A stretch of DNA of 64,000 nucleotides from an uncultured Rhodobacteraceae bacterium (GCA_947503925.1 CANNFQ010000018.1:4125-68124), one strand, 5' to 3'; positions 8,122 to 17,850 are shown, numbered from the stretch's first letter. Made by a program: numbers and translations. The notes: a model not told the origin generated them from the sequence alone.

Positions 8122-10397
8122 GGCTTTTCCCAGGCACCGCGTGATGGGTATTGCGGCCTGACCACCCCTTCGAAATCATCATAGGCGACAATTCCGGTGA
8201 CGGCGGCCCCCAAAGCTGCCGATCCGCCCAGCGGGGCATAAGAGGCGACAGCACTTGCCGGTGTAGCATAAGCCGTCTGCAAGCGGGTTTTGCCATCCTT
8301 ATATCCCGGCTCCCTGGGGGTGAAGAGAATACGGGTGTCCAAAGGCCCGTCCGTGGTGATCGGTGAGGGGATATTGGGCATATGGATCAGGTTATTGGCC
8401 GCCACCGCATCCGTGAACCCGGCAAGCTCAACCGCCAATGCCGGGACGCGGCTGAGATTGACAATCGTGTTGCTATAGATGCGCAGCGGGCCGTCGCGGT
8501 TTTGCGCATTCTCGCCTGACCTTGTGGCGTATCTGGCCCGGAACACCGCCCGGATATCATAGCCGGGATACATCGGGGTATCAGGCACGGTGGCGATATT
8601 GTTGCGGATCGTGATCCCGCTTTTGCCGGTGGCCAGAACATAGCGTGTGGCATGGCTGGCCAGCAGATAGGATTTTTCGACCAGCGCATTGACCGTCTTG
8701 TTCACAAATTGCCGCTCTGCCCCGAAGGTGATGACATTGTTGCCCCCTTCAAAGACGCAGGCCTGCACGCTGAGCCTGCCACCCCCGACTCCATCGGTGT
8801 CGAACCGCAGATTGGGTTGTTGCCCCCAGATGCCGTTACTTTCAAACCAGTCATTGCGCGAATACATCTCGGTGGCATGGATCAACACGCGCCCCGGTGC
8901 GGCGGCGCGATAGCCGCCATGGTTATTATGGCGGCGGGGTTTCTTGCGCGGGCCACCGGCATTGGCCAGCGGGTCCTGATAGATCGCTGATCCGGTGATC
9001 GCGGTTTCGCGCGGCTTGCCATCCAGAAACCCGTAACTGCCCCAGGCGGTGATCACCGTGTCATTGATAAATGTGCTGCGCAGCCCGTCATTGACGCCCC
9101 CGCCATTATAAATGCACTCATCCCCGAAATTGCGGACCACACACTGATCCAGCAGGAATTGCAGCGGCGGGTTGGCAAACATCGCAAAGCCGGTGAAGGG
9201 TGTGCCGGTCTCTGTGCGCGGGTCCCACGCCCCGACACAATCGATGCCCTGCCAGATGAAATCCTTGTCATTGCCATTGCCGCTGGTCTGCATATCATTC
9301 CAGAACAAGGACCCGGTAAAGCCGATCCGAGGGCGCTCTCCCGCCTCATCAGCGGCCAGAATATGCATCGATGGCTGTGGCCGGTTGGCATTGCCCCCGA
9401 AGCCAAACCCGGGTGAGGTAAAGCTTTGCCCCCGCCGCAGGATGATCCGTATCGGTATCTGGTCATTGCGGCGTTGATGCACGGCGCGCAGGGCGTCATT
9501 GGGCGATGTCACGACCGCCGCCTTGGGATAGGCGGCAAGGCCACGCCCGGTCTGATCAACCACGATGGTCTGATTGTCCCGCACAAAGGTGCGATCAGGG
9601 TCACCAACCGCGATATCCAGCGTGGCGATAGCCGCCTTGCCGGTTGCAGGCTCAACAATGGTGCAGGTCACCCGGTAGGGGCCGGGCTTACGATAGATAT
9701 GCGCGCCCATTGGGCCAAAGCCGACCCCCGCATCCTTATTGATCACCTGACTGGGTGCGCTGTAGGTATAGCTGTCGCCATAATCCCAATAATAATAAAG
9801 GTTGTGGAACTGCGGGTCATAGATCTTGCCCCGCTGTGGTCCGGGCGTGTCGAACCCATCCAGTTCGAGTTCAAAAAACAGCCCTTCTGGGGCAATCTGC
9901 AGCCGCGACCGGCGGGTGATCGTGATCTTTGCCGTGACACCCGGCGTTGGCACAACGGGCGCAACGACACGCAGGACCGGGCTGGAATAAAGCGCTGTTG
10001 ATGCACCGCCGCCATCCAGATGCGCAAGATGAAGGTAATAATCCCCATCCATTAGATCATCGATGACAAGGGGCGGTTGCGGTCCGCTGGCCGTGATGGT
10101 GGCCATGCCCCCAGCAAGTGCTGTCATGGCGGTTTCATCCAGACCGGCCAGCAGATACCCCATGGCGGGCGGTGTGGCGCTGTCTGTCAGGACAAAATGA
10201 ACGCGCCCCTGTGCCTGGCTTGCGGCATAGGTAAGGCTGATCCTGTCGTCAGTGATGGTGGTTGAAAACTGTGCAAGCGCAAGCCGCTGCCGATCAGCCG
10301 CGTACACAAGGCGCATCACATGATCGTTTCCCGCCGCAGATAACAGTGTCACAGTCACGCACTCTTGTTTTGGATCTGGCTGATTTTCCCGGGGCAC
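8118..10397 (-). CDS. PKD-domain / right-handed beta-helix protein, probably extracellular and carbohydrate-active
   Basis: PKD motif YYWDYGD...AHIYRKPGPYRVTCTI; repetitive Asn/Gly-rich beta-helix-like region; C-terminus DDFEGVVRP..PSRGAWE resembles the choice-of-anchor-Q ending. Start may be ATG 10316. Confidence 0.7.
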   Translation of the reverse strand: MPRENQPDPKQECVTVTLLSAAGNDHVMRLVYAADRQRLALAQFSTTITDDRISLTYAASQAQGRVHFVLTDSATPPAMGYLLAGLDETAMTALAGGMATITASGPQPPLVIDDLMDGDYYLHLAHLDGGGASTALYSSPVLRVVAPVVPTPGVTAKITITRRSRLQIAPEGLFFELELDGFDTPGPQRGKIYDPQFHNLYYYWDYGDSYTYSAPSQVINKDAGVGFGPMGAHIYRKPGPYRVTCTIVEPATGKAAIATLDIAVGDPDRTFVRDNQTIVVDQTGRGLAAYPKAAVVTSPNDALRAVHQRRNDQIPIRIILRRGQSFTSPGFGFGGNANRPQPSMHILAADEAGERPRIGFTGSLFWNDMQTSGNGNDKDFIWQGIDCVGAWDPRTETGTPFTGFAMFANPPLQFLLDQCVVRNFGDECIYNGGGVNDGLRSTFINDTVITAWGSYGFLDGKPRETAITGSAIYQDPLANAGGPRKKPRRHNNHGGYRAAAPGRVLIHATEMYSRNDWFESNGIWGQQPNLRFDTDGVGGGRLSVQACVFEGGNNVITFGAERQFVNKTVNALVEKSYLLASHATRYVLATGKSGITIRNNIATVPDTPMYPGYDIRAVFRARYATRSGENAQNRDGPLRIYSNTIVNLSRVPALAVELAGFTDAVAANNLIHMPNIPSPITTDGPLDTRILFTPREPGYKDGKTRLQTAYATPASAVASYAPLGGSAALGAAVTGIVAYDDFEGVVRPQYPSRGAWEKP

Positions 10398-10468
10398 GCG
10401 GTACAGGTACAGGGTTATCAGGCATATACTGCCTTTGGGATATCATTGGTGCCGCAGGCAGACAATCA

Positions 10469-10496
10469 TTGCCCCGCATGGGGCGACGCGGGGCAA
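10469..10496. other. Intergenic inverted repeat in divergent promoter region
   Basis: TTGCCCCGC-N10-GCGGGGCAA, perfect 9-bp arms. Confidence 0.5.
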
Positions 10497-10588
10497 GAAC
10501 TAGGATAGATGCAAGCAACAAGGGTGTTTATAACGCCAAAAGTGCCGCATCTATGTGTTGCGTAACAAGATGGAGACCACGCAGCGGA

Positions 10589-12010
10589 ATGTTTGCATCG
10601 GTTGTGCTTTATACATGGCCCGTTGTGGCGCTGACCTTCTTCAAGCGGCATACGCCAGCGATTGCGCTGATCCTGACGGTGCTTGTGGGGTATCTGATCC
10701 TGCCGGAAATCCCCGGTCTCGATCTGCCCATGTTACCCCCTCTGGACAAGACGTCGATCCCGGTCCTGATCTGTGCGGCCAGTCTCGTGCTGTTTCGGGC
10801 CAGAACCGGGGGGGGTGTGCAACGCGGCTGGTTGCCAAAACACTGGGTTGCAAAACTGCTTATCCTGTTGCTTTTCGCAGGTAGTATCCTGACAGCGGCG
10901 ACCAATACCGATGCCCTGATCTATGGTCCTACCTTCTTGCAGGCATTGCGTATCCGGGATGGGTTTTCCTTTGTCCTGATCACCTTCACCACGGTTTTGA
11001 CGTTGCTTCTGGGGCGCAAGCTGCTGGCCACGTCACAGCAGCAGAGCCAGCTTTTGACAGTGTTTGCGATTGCAGGCGGGCTTTATGCCTTTCTGGCACT
11101 TTACGAAATTCGTATGTCACCGCAGCTGAATGTAATGGTCTATAATTTCTTTCCCCATGAATGGCAGCAGCATGTGCGGGCAGGGGGGTTCCGGCCGATC
11201 GTGTTTCTGCATCACGGGCTTTGGCTGGCGATCTTTTTCTGCATGGCCATGCTGGCCGCATTCGGGGCATGGCGGTTGCGGGATCGCAAGAAACCCGCCT
11301 TGTATCTTTTTGCGGGGATCTGGATCCTGCTGACACTGGCCTTGTCGAACTCATTGGGTGGGTTTGTGATTGCGGTGCTGCTTTTGCCGACTGCCGTGTT
11401 TTTGAAACAACGCACCCAGCTTTTATGTGCCGCATTGGTGGCCGGTCTGGTGCTGACCTATCCGGCCTTGCGCGGTGCGGGCACGATCCCGGTGGAACGT
11501 ATCCATGAAACCGTGCTCCAGATTGATGAAAACCGGGCGGCATCGTTGAATTTTCGCCTGACAAACGAGGATCTGATCCTTGATAAAGCCTCAGAGCGAC
11601 CCTTGTTCGGTTGGGGCAGTTTCGGGCGCAATTTCGTGTTCGATGATGAAACAGGCGAGCCGCTGACCGTACCGGATGGTTATTGGATCCTCGTCATCAG
11701 CCGCGGCGGCTGGGTGCAATATATCGCTGAATTTGGCTTGCTCTGTTTTCCTATCCTGCTTTGTTTCTGGCATGCGCGGCGTTACCAGCTGGATATGCCA
11801 ACATCGGTTCTGGCCCTGGTGCTGGCGGCAAATCTGATTGATCTTTTGCCCAATGCGACCGCCACGCCCCTGACCTGGCTGATCGCGGGTGCACTATGGG
11901 GGCGTCTGGAATTAGGGCAGGAGGCGGCAGAGAATGCGGATCCCGATCAGCCCAATATCAAACCTGGGCGCGCACAGCTGCCCTATACCCGTTTTTCAAA
12001 CAGTTCATAA
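10589..12010 (+). CDS. O-antigen ligase / Wzy polymerase-like membrane protein
   Basis: Many TM segments; RAASLNFRLTNE...ERPLFGWG periplasmic-loop motif. ATG 10589 preferred over 10262. Confidence 0.75.
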   Translation: MFASVVLYTWPVVALTFFKRHTPAIALILTVLVGYLILPEIPGLDLPMLPPLDKTSIPVLICAASLVLFRARTGGGVQRGWLPKHWVAKLLILLLFAGSILTAATNTDALIYGPTFLQALRIRDGFSFVLITFTTVLTLLLGRKLLATSQQQSQLLTVFAIAGGLYAFLALYEIRMSPQLNVMVYNFFPHEWQQHVRAGGFRPIVFLHHGLWLAIFFCMAMLAAFGAWRLRDRKKPALYLFAGIWILLTLALSNSLGGFVIAVLLLPTAVFLKQRTQLLCAALVAGLVLTYPALRGAGTIPVERIHETVLQIDENRAASLNFRLTNEDLILDKASERPLFGWGSFGRNFVFDDETGEPLTVPDGYWILVISRGGWVQYIAEFGLLCFPILLCFWHARRYQLDMPTSVLALVLAANLIDLLPNATATPLTWLIAGALWGRLELGQEAAENADPDQPNIKPGRAQLPYTRFSNSS

Positions 12011-12039
12011 TCCACCACCCCGAAGGGACCGATATCACG

Positions 12040-13002
12040 ATGACATCAGAACAAATCGGGGTCGTTATCATCGGCCGGAATGAAGGTGAGCGCCTTGTGC
12101 GCTGCCTGGCATCGGTCTGCGCACAGGCGGCACATGTGGTCTATGTTGACAGTGGTTCAACCGATGGAAGTCAGGATGCGGCCCGGCAGGCGGGGGCGGA
12201 TCTGGTTGATCTTGATCTGACACAGCCCTTTACGGCGGCCCGTGCACGCAATGCGGGTCTGGCGCATTTGCGTGCGGCCCAGCCTGATCTGGCATATGTC
12301 CAGTTCATCGATGGTGATTGCGAATTGCAGCCCGGCTGGATTGCCACGGCCCATGAATTTCTAAGCACACGGCCAGAGGCAGCGGTGGCCTGCGGGCGCA
12401 GGCGCGAACGCTATCCAGAGGCGTCAGTGTATAACTACCTGGCCGACCTGGAATGGGATACGCCTGTGGGTCAGGCCAGTGATTGTGGGGGTGATGCGCT
12501 GATGCGCATCGCGGCCCTGACGCAGGTGGATGGCTATAACCCGGACCTGATCGCAGGCGAAGAACCGGAAATGTGTGTGCGCCTGCGTGCGGCAGGTTGG
12601 ACCATCTGGCGGCTGGATGCGGAAATGACCTGGCATGACGCGGCCATCACCCGGCTGGGGCAATGGTGGAAACGCAATAAACGGGCCGGGTTCGCCTATG
12701 CCGAAGGGGCCGCCATGCATGGTGGCCCGCCGGAATTTCACCGCAAACGCCAGACCCGGTCGGCACTGATCTGGGGGTTGATGATCCCGGGTATTGCGAT
12801 CCTTGGTACGCTGATCACACCATGGAGCCTGTGTTTGCTGCTGTTATGGCCCTTGCAGGTCTTGCGGCTGTCGCGGTCCAGCGGGGATTTGCGGCAGTCG
12901 TTTTTCCTGGTCTTAGGAAAACTGCCCGAAGCGCAAGGTGCGCTCAGCTATTGGTGGCAGCGCTGGCGCGGCAAGCGCGCCAGTCTGATTGAATATAAAT
13001 AA
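12040..13002 (+). CDS. Glycosyltransferase family 2
   Basis: VVIIGRNEG, YVDSGSTDGS, AARARNAG, QFIDGDC, GEEPE motifs. Confidence 0.9.
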   Translation: MTSEQIGVVIIGRNEGERLVRCLASVCAQAAHVVYVDSGSTDGSQDAARQAGADLVDLDLTQPFTAARARNAGLAHLRAAQPDLAYVQFIDGDCELQPGWIATAHEFLSTRPEAAVACGRRRERYPEASVYNYLADLEWDTPVGQASDCGGDALMRIAALTQVDGYNPDLIAGEEPEMCVRLRAAGWTIWRLDAEMTWHDAAITRLGQWWKRNKRAGFAYAEGAAMHGGPPEFHRKRQTRSALIWGLMIPGIAILGTLITPWSLCLLLLWPLQVLRLSRSSGDLRQSFFLVLGKLPEAQGALSYWWQRWRGKRASLIEYK

Positions 13003-13014
13003 CGGCTGCGGCAC

Positions 13015-13042
13015 CGTAAGATGGGTTTAAACCCATCTTACG
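13015..13042. repeat. Perfect 28-bp palindrome (REP-like / possible bidirectional terminator) between convergent genes
   Basis: CGTAAGATGGGTTTAAACCCATCTTACG is its own reverse complement and overlaps the sat-cysC stop codon. Confidence 0.75.
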
Positions 13043-14747
13043 CCTTGATCAGGCCGAGGCTTTCAAGTTTCAACAGCACCTGATGGGCGCAGTTATCAAC
13101 CGGCACGCTTTCGGTCTCGATGGAAAGTTCCGGGTTTTCAGGAACATCGTAAGGGTCTGAGATTCCGGTGAATTCCTTGATCTTGCCTTCACGCGCCAGC
13201 TTATAAAGCCCTTTGCGGTCGCGGCGTTCGCATTCCTCGATTGATGTCGCGACATGGACCTCGATAAAGGCGCCAAAGGCTTCGATATCTTCGCGCACGG
13301 CCCGCCGCGTGGTCGCATAAGGCGCAATCGGCGCACAGATCGCGATGCCGCCATTTTTGGTGATTTCACTGGCCACATAGCCGATCCGGCGGATGTTCAG
13401 ATCACGGTGTTCTTTCGAAAAGCCAAGCTCGGAGCTGAGGTTCTTGCGCACGATATCCCCGTCCAGCAAGGTCACCGGGCGACCACCCATTTCCATCAGC
13501 TTGACCATCAGCGCATTGGCGATGGTGGATTTGCCGGAGCCTGAAAAGCCGGTGAAGAACACGGTGAAGCCTTGTTCAGCCCGTGGCGGCCGGGTCTTGC
13601 GCAGCTCTTCCACGACAGCGGGGAAAGAGAACCATTCGGGGATTTCCAGCCCTTCGGCCAGACGGCGGCGCAGCTCTGTGCCCGAAATATTCAGGATCGT
13701 CACATCATCCTTGTCGTGGATCTCATCCGCCGGTTCATATTGGGCACGGTCCTGCACGTAGACCATGTGCTTAAAATCGACCATTTCGATGCCCATCTCG
13801 TCCTGATGTTCGCGGAACAGGTCCTGCGCATCATAGGCGCCGTAGAAATCCTCACCGGCAGAGTTCTTGCCGGGGCCAGCATGGTCGCGGCCGACGATGA
13901 AATGGGTGCAGCCGTGGTTCTTGCGGATCAGTCCGTGCCAGACCGCCTCGCGCGGGCCGGCCATACGCATCGCCAGGTTCAGCAATGACATGGTCGTCGT
14001 TGATGAGGGGTATTGATCCAGCACCGCCTCGTAACAGCGCACGCGGGTGAAGTGGTCAATATCGCCCGGTTTGGTCATGCCGACGATCGGATGGATCAGC
14101 AGGTTGGCCTGCGCCTCTTTCGCGGCGCGGAAGGTCAGTTCCTGATGGGCGCGGTGCAGCGGGTTGCGGGTCTGGAAGGCCACAACCTTGCGCCAGCCCA
14201 GTTTGCGGAAATAGGCGCGCAATTCATTGGGTGTGTCGCGCCGGGCGCGGAAATCATAATGAATGGGCTGCTGAATGCCGGTGACCGGCCCGCCCAGATA
14301 GACGCTGCCAGCATGGTTATGCAGATAGTTGACCGCCGGATGCGCACTGTCATCGGCACCAAAAACCTTTGCCGCTTCGAGCGCCTTGTTGGGCACCCAT
14401 TTATCGGTGACCGTCATGGTGGCAAGGATCACGCCTTCCTGATCGCGCAGGGCAATATCCTGGCCCAGCTCCACCTTGTCGGCAAAGCCTTCGCCCACAT
14501 CCAGCGTGATTGGCATCGGCCAGAGCGTGCCATCGGCCAGCCGCATCTTGTCAACAACACTGTCGTAATCGGCCTCGCTCAGAAACCCTTTGAGCGGGTT
14601 AAACCCGCCATTCATCAGCAGTTCCAGATCGCAGATTTGACGGGGTGTCAGATCATGAGACGTCAAATCCGCCGCCTCAAGCTTCAGCTTTTGCGCACTG
14701 TCATAAGACACATAGAGTTCGGGAATAGGGGCCAGATCCTGGGGCAT
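13038..14747 (-). CDS. sat: Bifunctional sulfate adenylyltransferase / adenylyl-sulfate kinase (Sat-CysC)
   Basis: VAFQTRNPLHRAH, HFIVGRDHAG, ISGTELR; APS kinase P-loop TGFSGSGKST, LLDGDIVR, DPKGLY-like DRKGLY. ATG 14747. Confidence 0.95.
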   Translation of the reverse strand: MPQDLAPIPELYVSYDSAQKLKLEAADLTSHDLTPRQICDLELLMNGGFNPLKGFLSEADYDSVVDKMRLADGTLWPMPITLDVGEGFADKVELGQDIALRDQEGVILATMTVTDKWVPNKALEAAKVFGADDSAHPAVNYLHNHAGSVYLGGPVTGIQQPIHYDFRARRDTPNELRAYFRKLGWRKVVAFQTRNPLHRAHQELTFRAAKEAQANLLIHPIVGMTKPGDIDHFTRVRCYEAVLDQYPSSTTTMSLLNLAMRMAGPREAVWHGLIRKNHGCTHFIVGRDHAGPGKNSAGEDFYGAYDAQDLFREHQDEMGIEMVDFKHMVYVQDRAQYEPADEIHDKDDVTILNISGTELRRRLAEGLEIPEWFSFPAVVEELRKTRPPRAEQGFTVFFTGFSGSGKSTIANALMVKLMEMGGRPVTLLDGDIVRKNLSSELGFSKEHRDLNIRRIGYVASEITKNGGIAICAPIAPYATTRRAVREDIEAFGAFIEVHVATSIEECERRDRKGLYKLAREGKIKEFTGISDPYDVPENPELSIETESVPVDNCAHQVLLKLESLGLIKA

Positions 14748-14778
14748 ATAATACACTCTTAAACAAATAGATTCGGGT

Positions 14779-14803
14779 TTGGCTGCGGGATAGCCGCAGC
14801 CAA
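14779..14803 (-). terminator. Stem-loop between lipoprotein gene and sat-cysC
   Basis: TTGGCTGCGG-GATAG-CCGCAGCCAA, perfect 10-bp stem; no clear U-tract, so it may be a stabiliser rather than a terminator. Confidence 0.45.
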
Positions 14804-14827
14804 GGTGCGATGTCTAGAGGCTGGGTT

Positions 14828-15517
14828 TTAGTTCTCGGATAAAACCACAGCGGCAGTGAGTTTTGTGCCATTGCTGCCACCGATGTCACCTCTGCCACCA
14901 CCATAAATGACGCTGCCGCTATCCGCGAAATCACCGGCAAAATCGATATCGACATCCCCCGCAAGGTCCGGGCCTGACAGCGTGCCGGTCAGGGATCCCG
15001 AAATGCCCAAGTCCTGGGTCAGATCATTGCCGGGGAAAAACTGTGCATCCAAGGCCAAGGTGCCGTCGCCCTGGTCTCTCCCACTGGCGATATGCACGAA
15101 ATCACGCCCGGTTCCGGCAATCGCATTGGTCCTGAAATCAGCTGTGGCTGTCATCACACCAAAGACACGATCGGCATCATTCCCACCCGGCACAAGTTCG
15201 ATACCGCCAATGTAATTTCGTTGTCCACTCGGCGGTGGAGAGGGAATGTCATCCCAAGGGGAAACCGGTTTGTCATCAAAAAGCGTGGTTGCAATAGGGC
15301 TGACTGCGCTGTCCCAGGCCTGCACATCACTCACCGATGGCGATCCGTTCACAGCGGCGATAAGTGCCGGGGATGCCACGCTGGAAATATCAGTCACGGA
15401 TCGGTCAACAACAGACCGGCCAGAATCCGAGCCGCCCGATGACAGACATCCGGCAAGCAGGCTTGCAAAACCGATACAGAGCGTTGTTTTCAAAAGGGGT
15501 GATCGGCTGATGGTCAT
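14828..15517 (-). CDS. Lipoprotein, transferrin-binding-protein-like beta-barrel
   Basis: Lipobox LLAG-C after a hydrophobic signal; Ser/Gly linker; alternating beta-strand pattern (TATADFRTNAIAG, FAGDFAD). Confidence 0.6.
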   Translation of the reverse strand: MTISRSPLLKTTLCIGFASLLAGCLSSGGSDSGRSVVDRSVTDISSVASPALIAAVNGSPSVSDVQAWDSAVSPIATTLFDDKPVSPWDDIPSPPPSGQRNYIGGIELVPGGNDADRVFGVMTATADFRTNAIAGTGRDFVHIASGRDQGDGTLALDAQFFPGNDLTQDLGISGSLTGTLSGPDLAGDVDIDFAGDFADSGSVIYGGGRGDIGGSNGTKLTAAVVLSEN

Positions 15518-15673
15518 GGTGCTGTCCTTGTCATTGTCCCACGGATGGGGCGGTGTTCAAGTTCTGTTTCCTGATGCCCGGCGGCTTGTCAACGTACAAA
15601 CAACAGTGCGGCGCTGATGCCCTTATTATGGCTATTCCTGCCCCAATACCCAGCAATTTCATGCCGATTGGCC

Positions 15674-16648
15674 CTATATTCCACAGAGCCGTAATTTGAT
15701 CCGCGCCAGCCGGTCATAGCGTCCGACACTGATCCGCGGCAGGGCCATGGCATCTGCATCATCATGGGCAAGACGGTCGTCCAGAATGGTGGCAGTCTGA
15801 AACCCGCATGTTTTCAGCATCGCACCCAGCGCCGCCGTGTGATTGCCATTTGGATAGGCGAAATGATCAACTGGCTGCCCTGTCCAGTCCTGCAGCAGTT
15901 TACGTGACCGCACGGCACTGTCCCGCGCCTGATCAAGGGACAATTGATCCAGCAATTCATGCCCATGACTATGCGCCCCGATGGTCACGCAAGGATGGGC
16001 GGCAAGGCCCTGCAACTGTGCCAATGTCATCGGTTGCAGCGGTGTGAACCCTGCCGCGCTGTCAGTCACCTGTGCGACGACAGCATCGGCAAGGGTATCA
16101 CGATCCTGCGTCGGGGCCTGTTTCAATGCCTCCAGCACCAGATTGATCTGCGCCCAACGCGCCTTGCCCCTCTCGGGCCCAATCTGCCAGGATCCGTGCC
16201 CGGCAAGGGTGATCTGCCGGGGTGTATCTTCCTGCAACGCATTCATCACCCGGTCAAACCAATAGGCTTTCCCGGTCTCAATCTGGGCTGTGGCCACATA
16301 GATCGTGACGGGCAGGTTTTCAGCCCTGATGAGCGGCAAAAGATGGGAATAGAGCCCGATTTCCCCATCATCAAAGGTGAGCGCCGCGCGCCGCCGTCCT
16401 CCCGTGGCTGGTGCCCGGGCGGCATCAAGTGACACGATATCATAGTGTTTCCGCAGCATTGAGATCTGCGCGCGAAAATCATCCACCCCCAGCGCCACCC
16501 AGGCATCCAGTGTTTCTGCCTGTGGTCGCAGCGTGTGATAGCACAGGATCGTGACCGGATTACCCCGCAAGGCCCGGGCATGCAGCGCGGCGTAAAGCGG
16601 CGGCGCTGTCAGGGCCCGCAAGGCCAATCCCTTGATGGCCCCGATCAT
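15674..16648 (-). CDS. Polysaccharide deacetylase (NodB/CE4 family)
   Basis: ILCYH, ALTFDDG, IGAHSHGH, HFAYPNG, LPRI motifs. Confidence 0.9.
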   Translation of the reverse strand: MIGAIKGLALRALTAPPLYAALHARALRGNPVTILCYHTLRPQAETLDAWVALGVDDFRAQISMLRKHYDIVSLDAARAPATGGRRRAALTFDDGEIGLYSHLLPLIRAENLPVTIYVATAQIETGKAYWFDRVMNALQEDTPRQITLAGHGSWQIGPERGKARWAQINLVLEALKQAPTQDRDTLADAVVAQVTDSAAGFTPLQPMTLAQLQGLAAHPCVTIGAHSHGHELLDQLSLDQARDSAVRSRKLLQDWTGQPVDHFAYPNGNHTAALGAMLKTCGFQTATILDDRLAHDDADAMALPRISVGRYDRLARIKLRLCGI

Positions 16649-17850
16649 GGCTGGTCTGCCGCGAAGATGGTTTTCAGCTTGCCGGCTTCTATTGCCGCAT
16701 CATGCCGATGGCGGACCCGTTCCAAACCTGCATGCCCAAGCTGGGCCACCTCTGCCTTTGGCGTTTGGGCAAGATCGGTCATCGCCGCCGCCAGTTCATC
16801 CACCAGCCCGGCAGGGACCAGCCAGCCTGTTTTGCCTTCCTGCACCAGTTCGGGGATGCCTGCGATATAGGTGGCAATGACGGGGCGGGCTTCGGCCATG
16901 GCTTCCATGATCACAACGGGCAGGCCTTCGGTGAAGCTGGGGTGGACAAGGGCGCTGGCGGCGCGGATTTCCTGTTTCACCTGATCGGAATTGATCCAGC
17001 CGGTGATGCGCACGGCATCGCCTAATCCCAATGCCTTGATCCGGGCCTCTAATTCATCCCGCATCGGGCCATCACCGGCCAGAACCAGCTTTGCATCCGG
17101 GTTATCCTTTGAAAAACCGACAAATGCCTCTAGCAGAACCAGATGGCCCTTCTCGGGGCTGAAACGCCCGATGCTGAGGAATGTCAGGGTATCGGGCAAA
17201 GGGGCCGGATCCCCGGCAAAGCTGTCAGGCGCCAGCCCGCAATGCACGGTGTTGATCCTGTCCCAGAGCGCGTGCGGTGTGTGATATTTCATCTGGGCGG
17301 CGATATAGGCGCAAGAGCCCACAGCCGCCTTGGCCATCCCCACCTTTTGCGGCAGAGCATGGTGTTTGGGGTCATCAAAAACTTCGGACCCATGCACGGT
17401 GAAGCTGTAATCGGGCCCGCCCAAGGCTTTGACCAACAAGGCAATCTCAGCCGAATTCGTACCGAAATGCGCATGCAGATGAGTGACCGGTTTGTCCCGC
17501 AGCCAGGACATGATGCAACAGGCATGGGCCAGATAGATCAGGTGATAGGGCCAGGGCCGTTCATTGTTTTTCGACAGCGCAAGCGCCTGTTTCATTGCCC
17601 GAAAAAACGGTCCCGGCTGGCGCAAGGCGTACCCGAGCGCACCGCGCAAAAGCGCACCCAGCCCGTCTTTCAGCGTGTGGCTGGTCTTGGCCAGTTCAGC
17701 GATATCCAGCGGGTCCACCAGCGTGCTGTCCCAGCCGCGCAGGGCAAAGCGTTCGACGGTGACGCCCTGCGCCTCAAGCGCATGAATTTCACGTCGGATG
17801 AACGTATGGCTGACGGCCGGATAATGATTGATGAGATAGGCAACATGCAT
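16645..17850 (-). CDS. Glycosyltransferase family 4 (WcaL-like)
   Basis: YPAVSHTFIRREI, HLHAHFG, SIGRFSPEKG, SFTEGLPVVIMEAMA. Confidence 0.9.
   Translation of the reverse strand: MHVAYLINHYPAVSHTFIRREIHALEAQGVTVERFALRGWDSTLVDPLDIAELAKTSHTLKDGLGALLRGALGYALRQPGPFFRAMKQALALSKNNERPWPYHLIYLAHACCIMSWLRDKPVTHLHAHFGTNSAEIALLVKALGGPDYSFTVHGSEVFDDPKHHALPQKVGMAKAAVGSCAYIAAQMKYHTPHALWDRINTVHCGLAPDSFAGDPAPLPDTLTFLSIGRFSPEKGHLVLLEAFVGFSKDNPDAKLVLAGDGPMRDELEARIKALGLGDAVRITGWINSDQVKQEIRAASALVHPSFTEGLPVVIMEAMAEARPVIATYIAGIPELVQEGKTGWLVPAGLVDELAAAMTDLAQTPKAEVAQLGHAGLERVRHRHDAAIEAGKLKTIFAADQP

Noticed and set aside
10262-10588. N-terminal extension of the ligase-like ORF (similar extensions at 7084, 11896, 24854, 62232)
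   Set aside because: They overlap neighbouring genes or promoter DNA and carry no family motifs; downstream ATGs give normal-length proteins with coupled stops and starts.
14013-14762. 249-aa plus-strand ORF opposite sat-cysC (also 17143..17922, 58947..59732)
   Set aside because: Antisense shadows of confidently identified genes.
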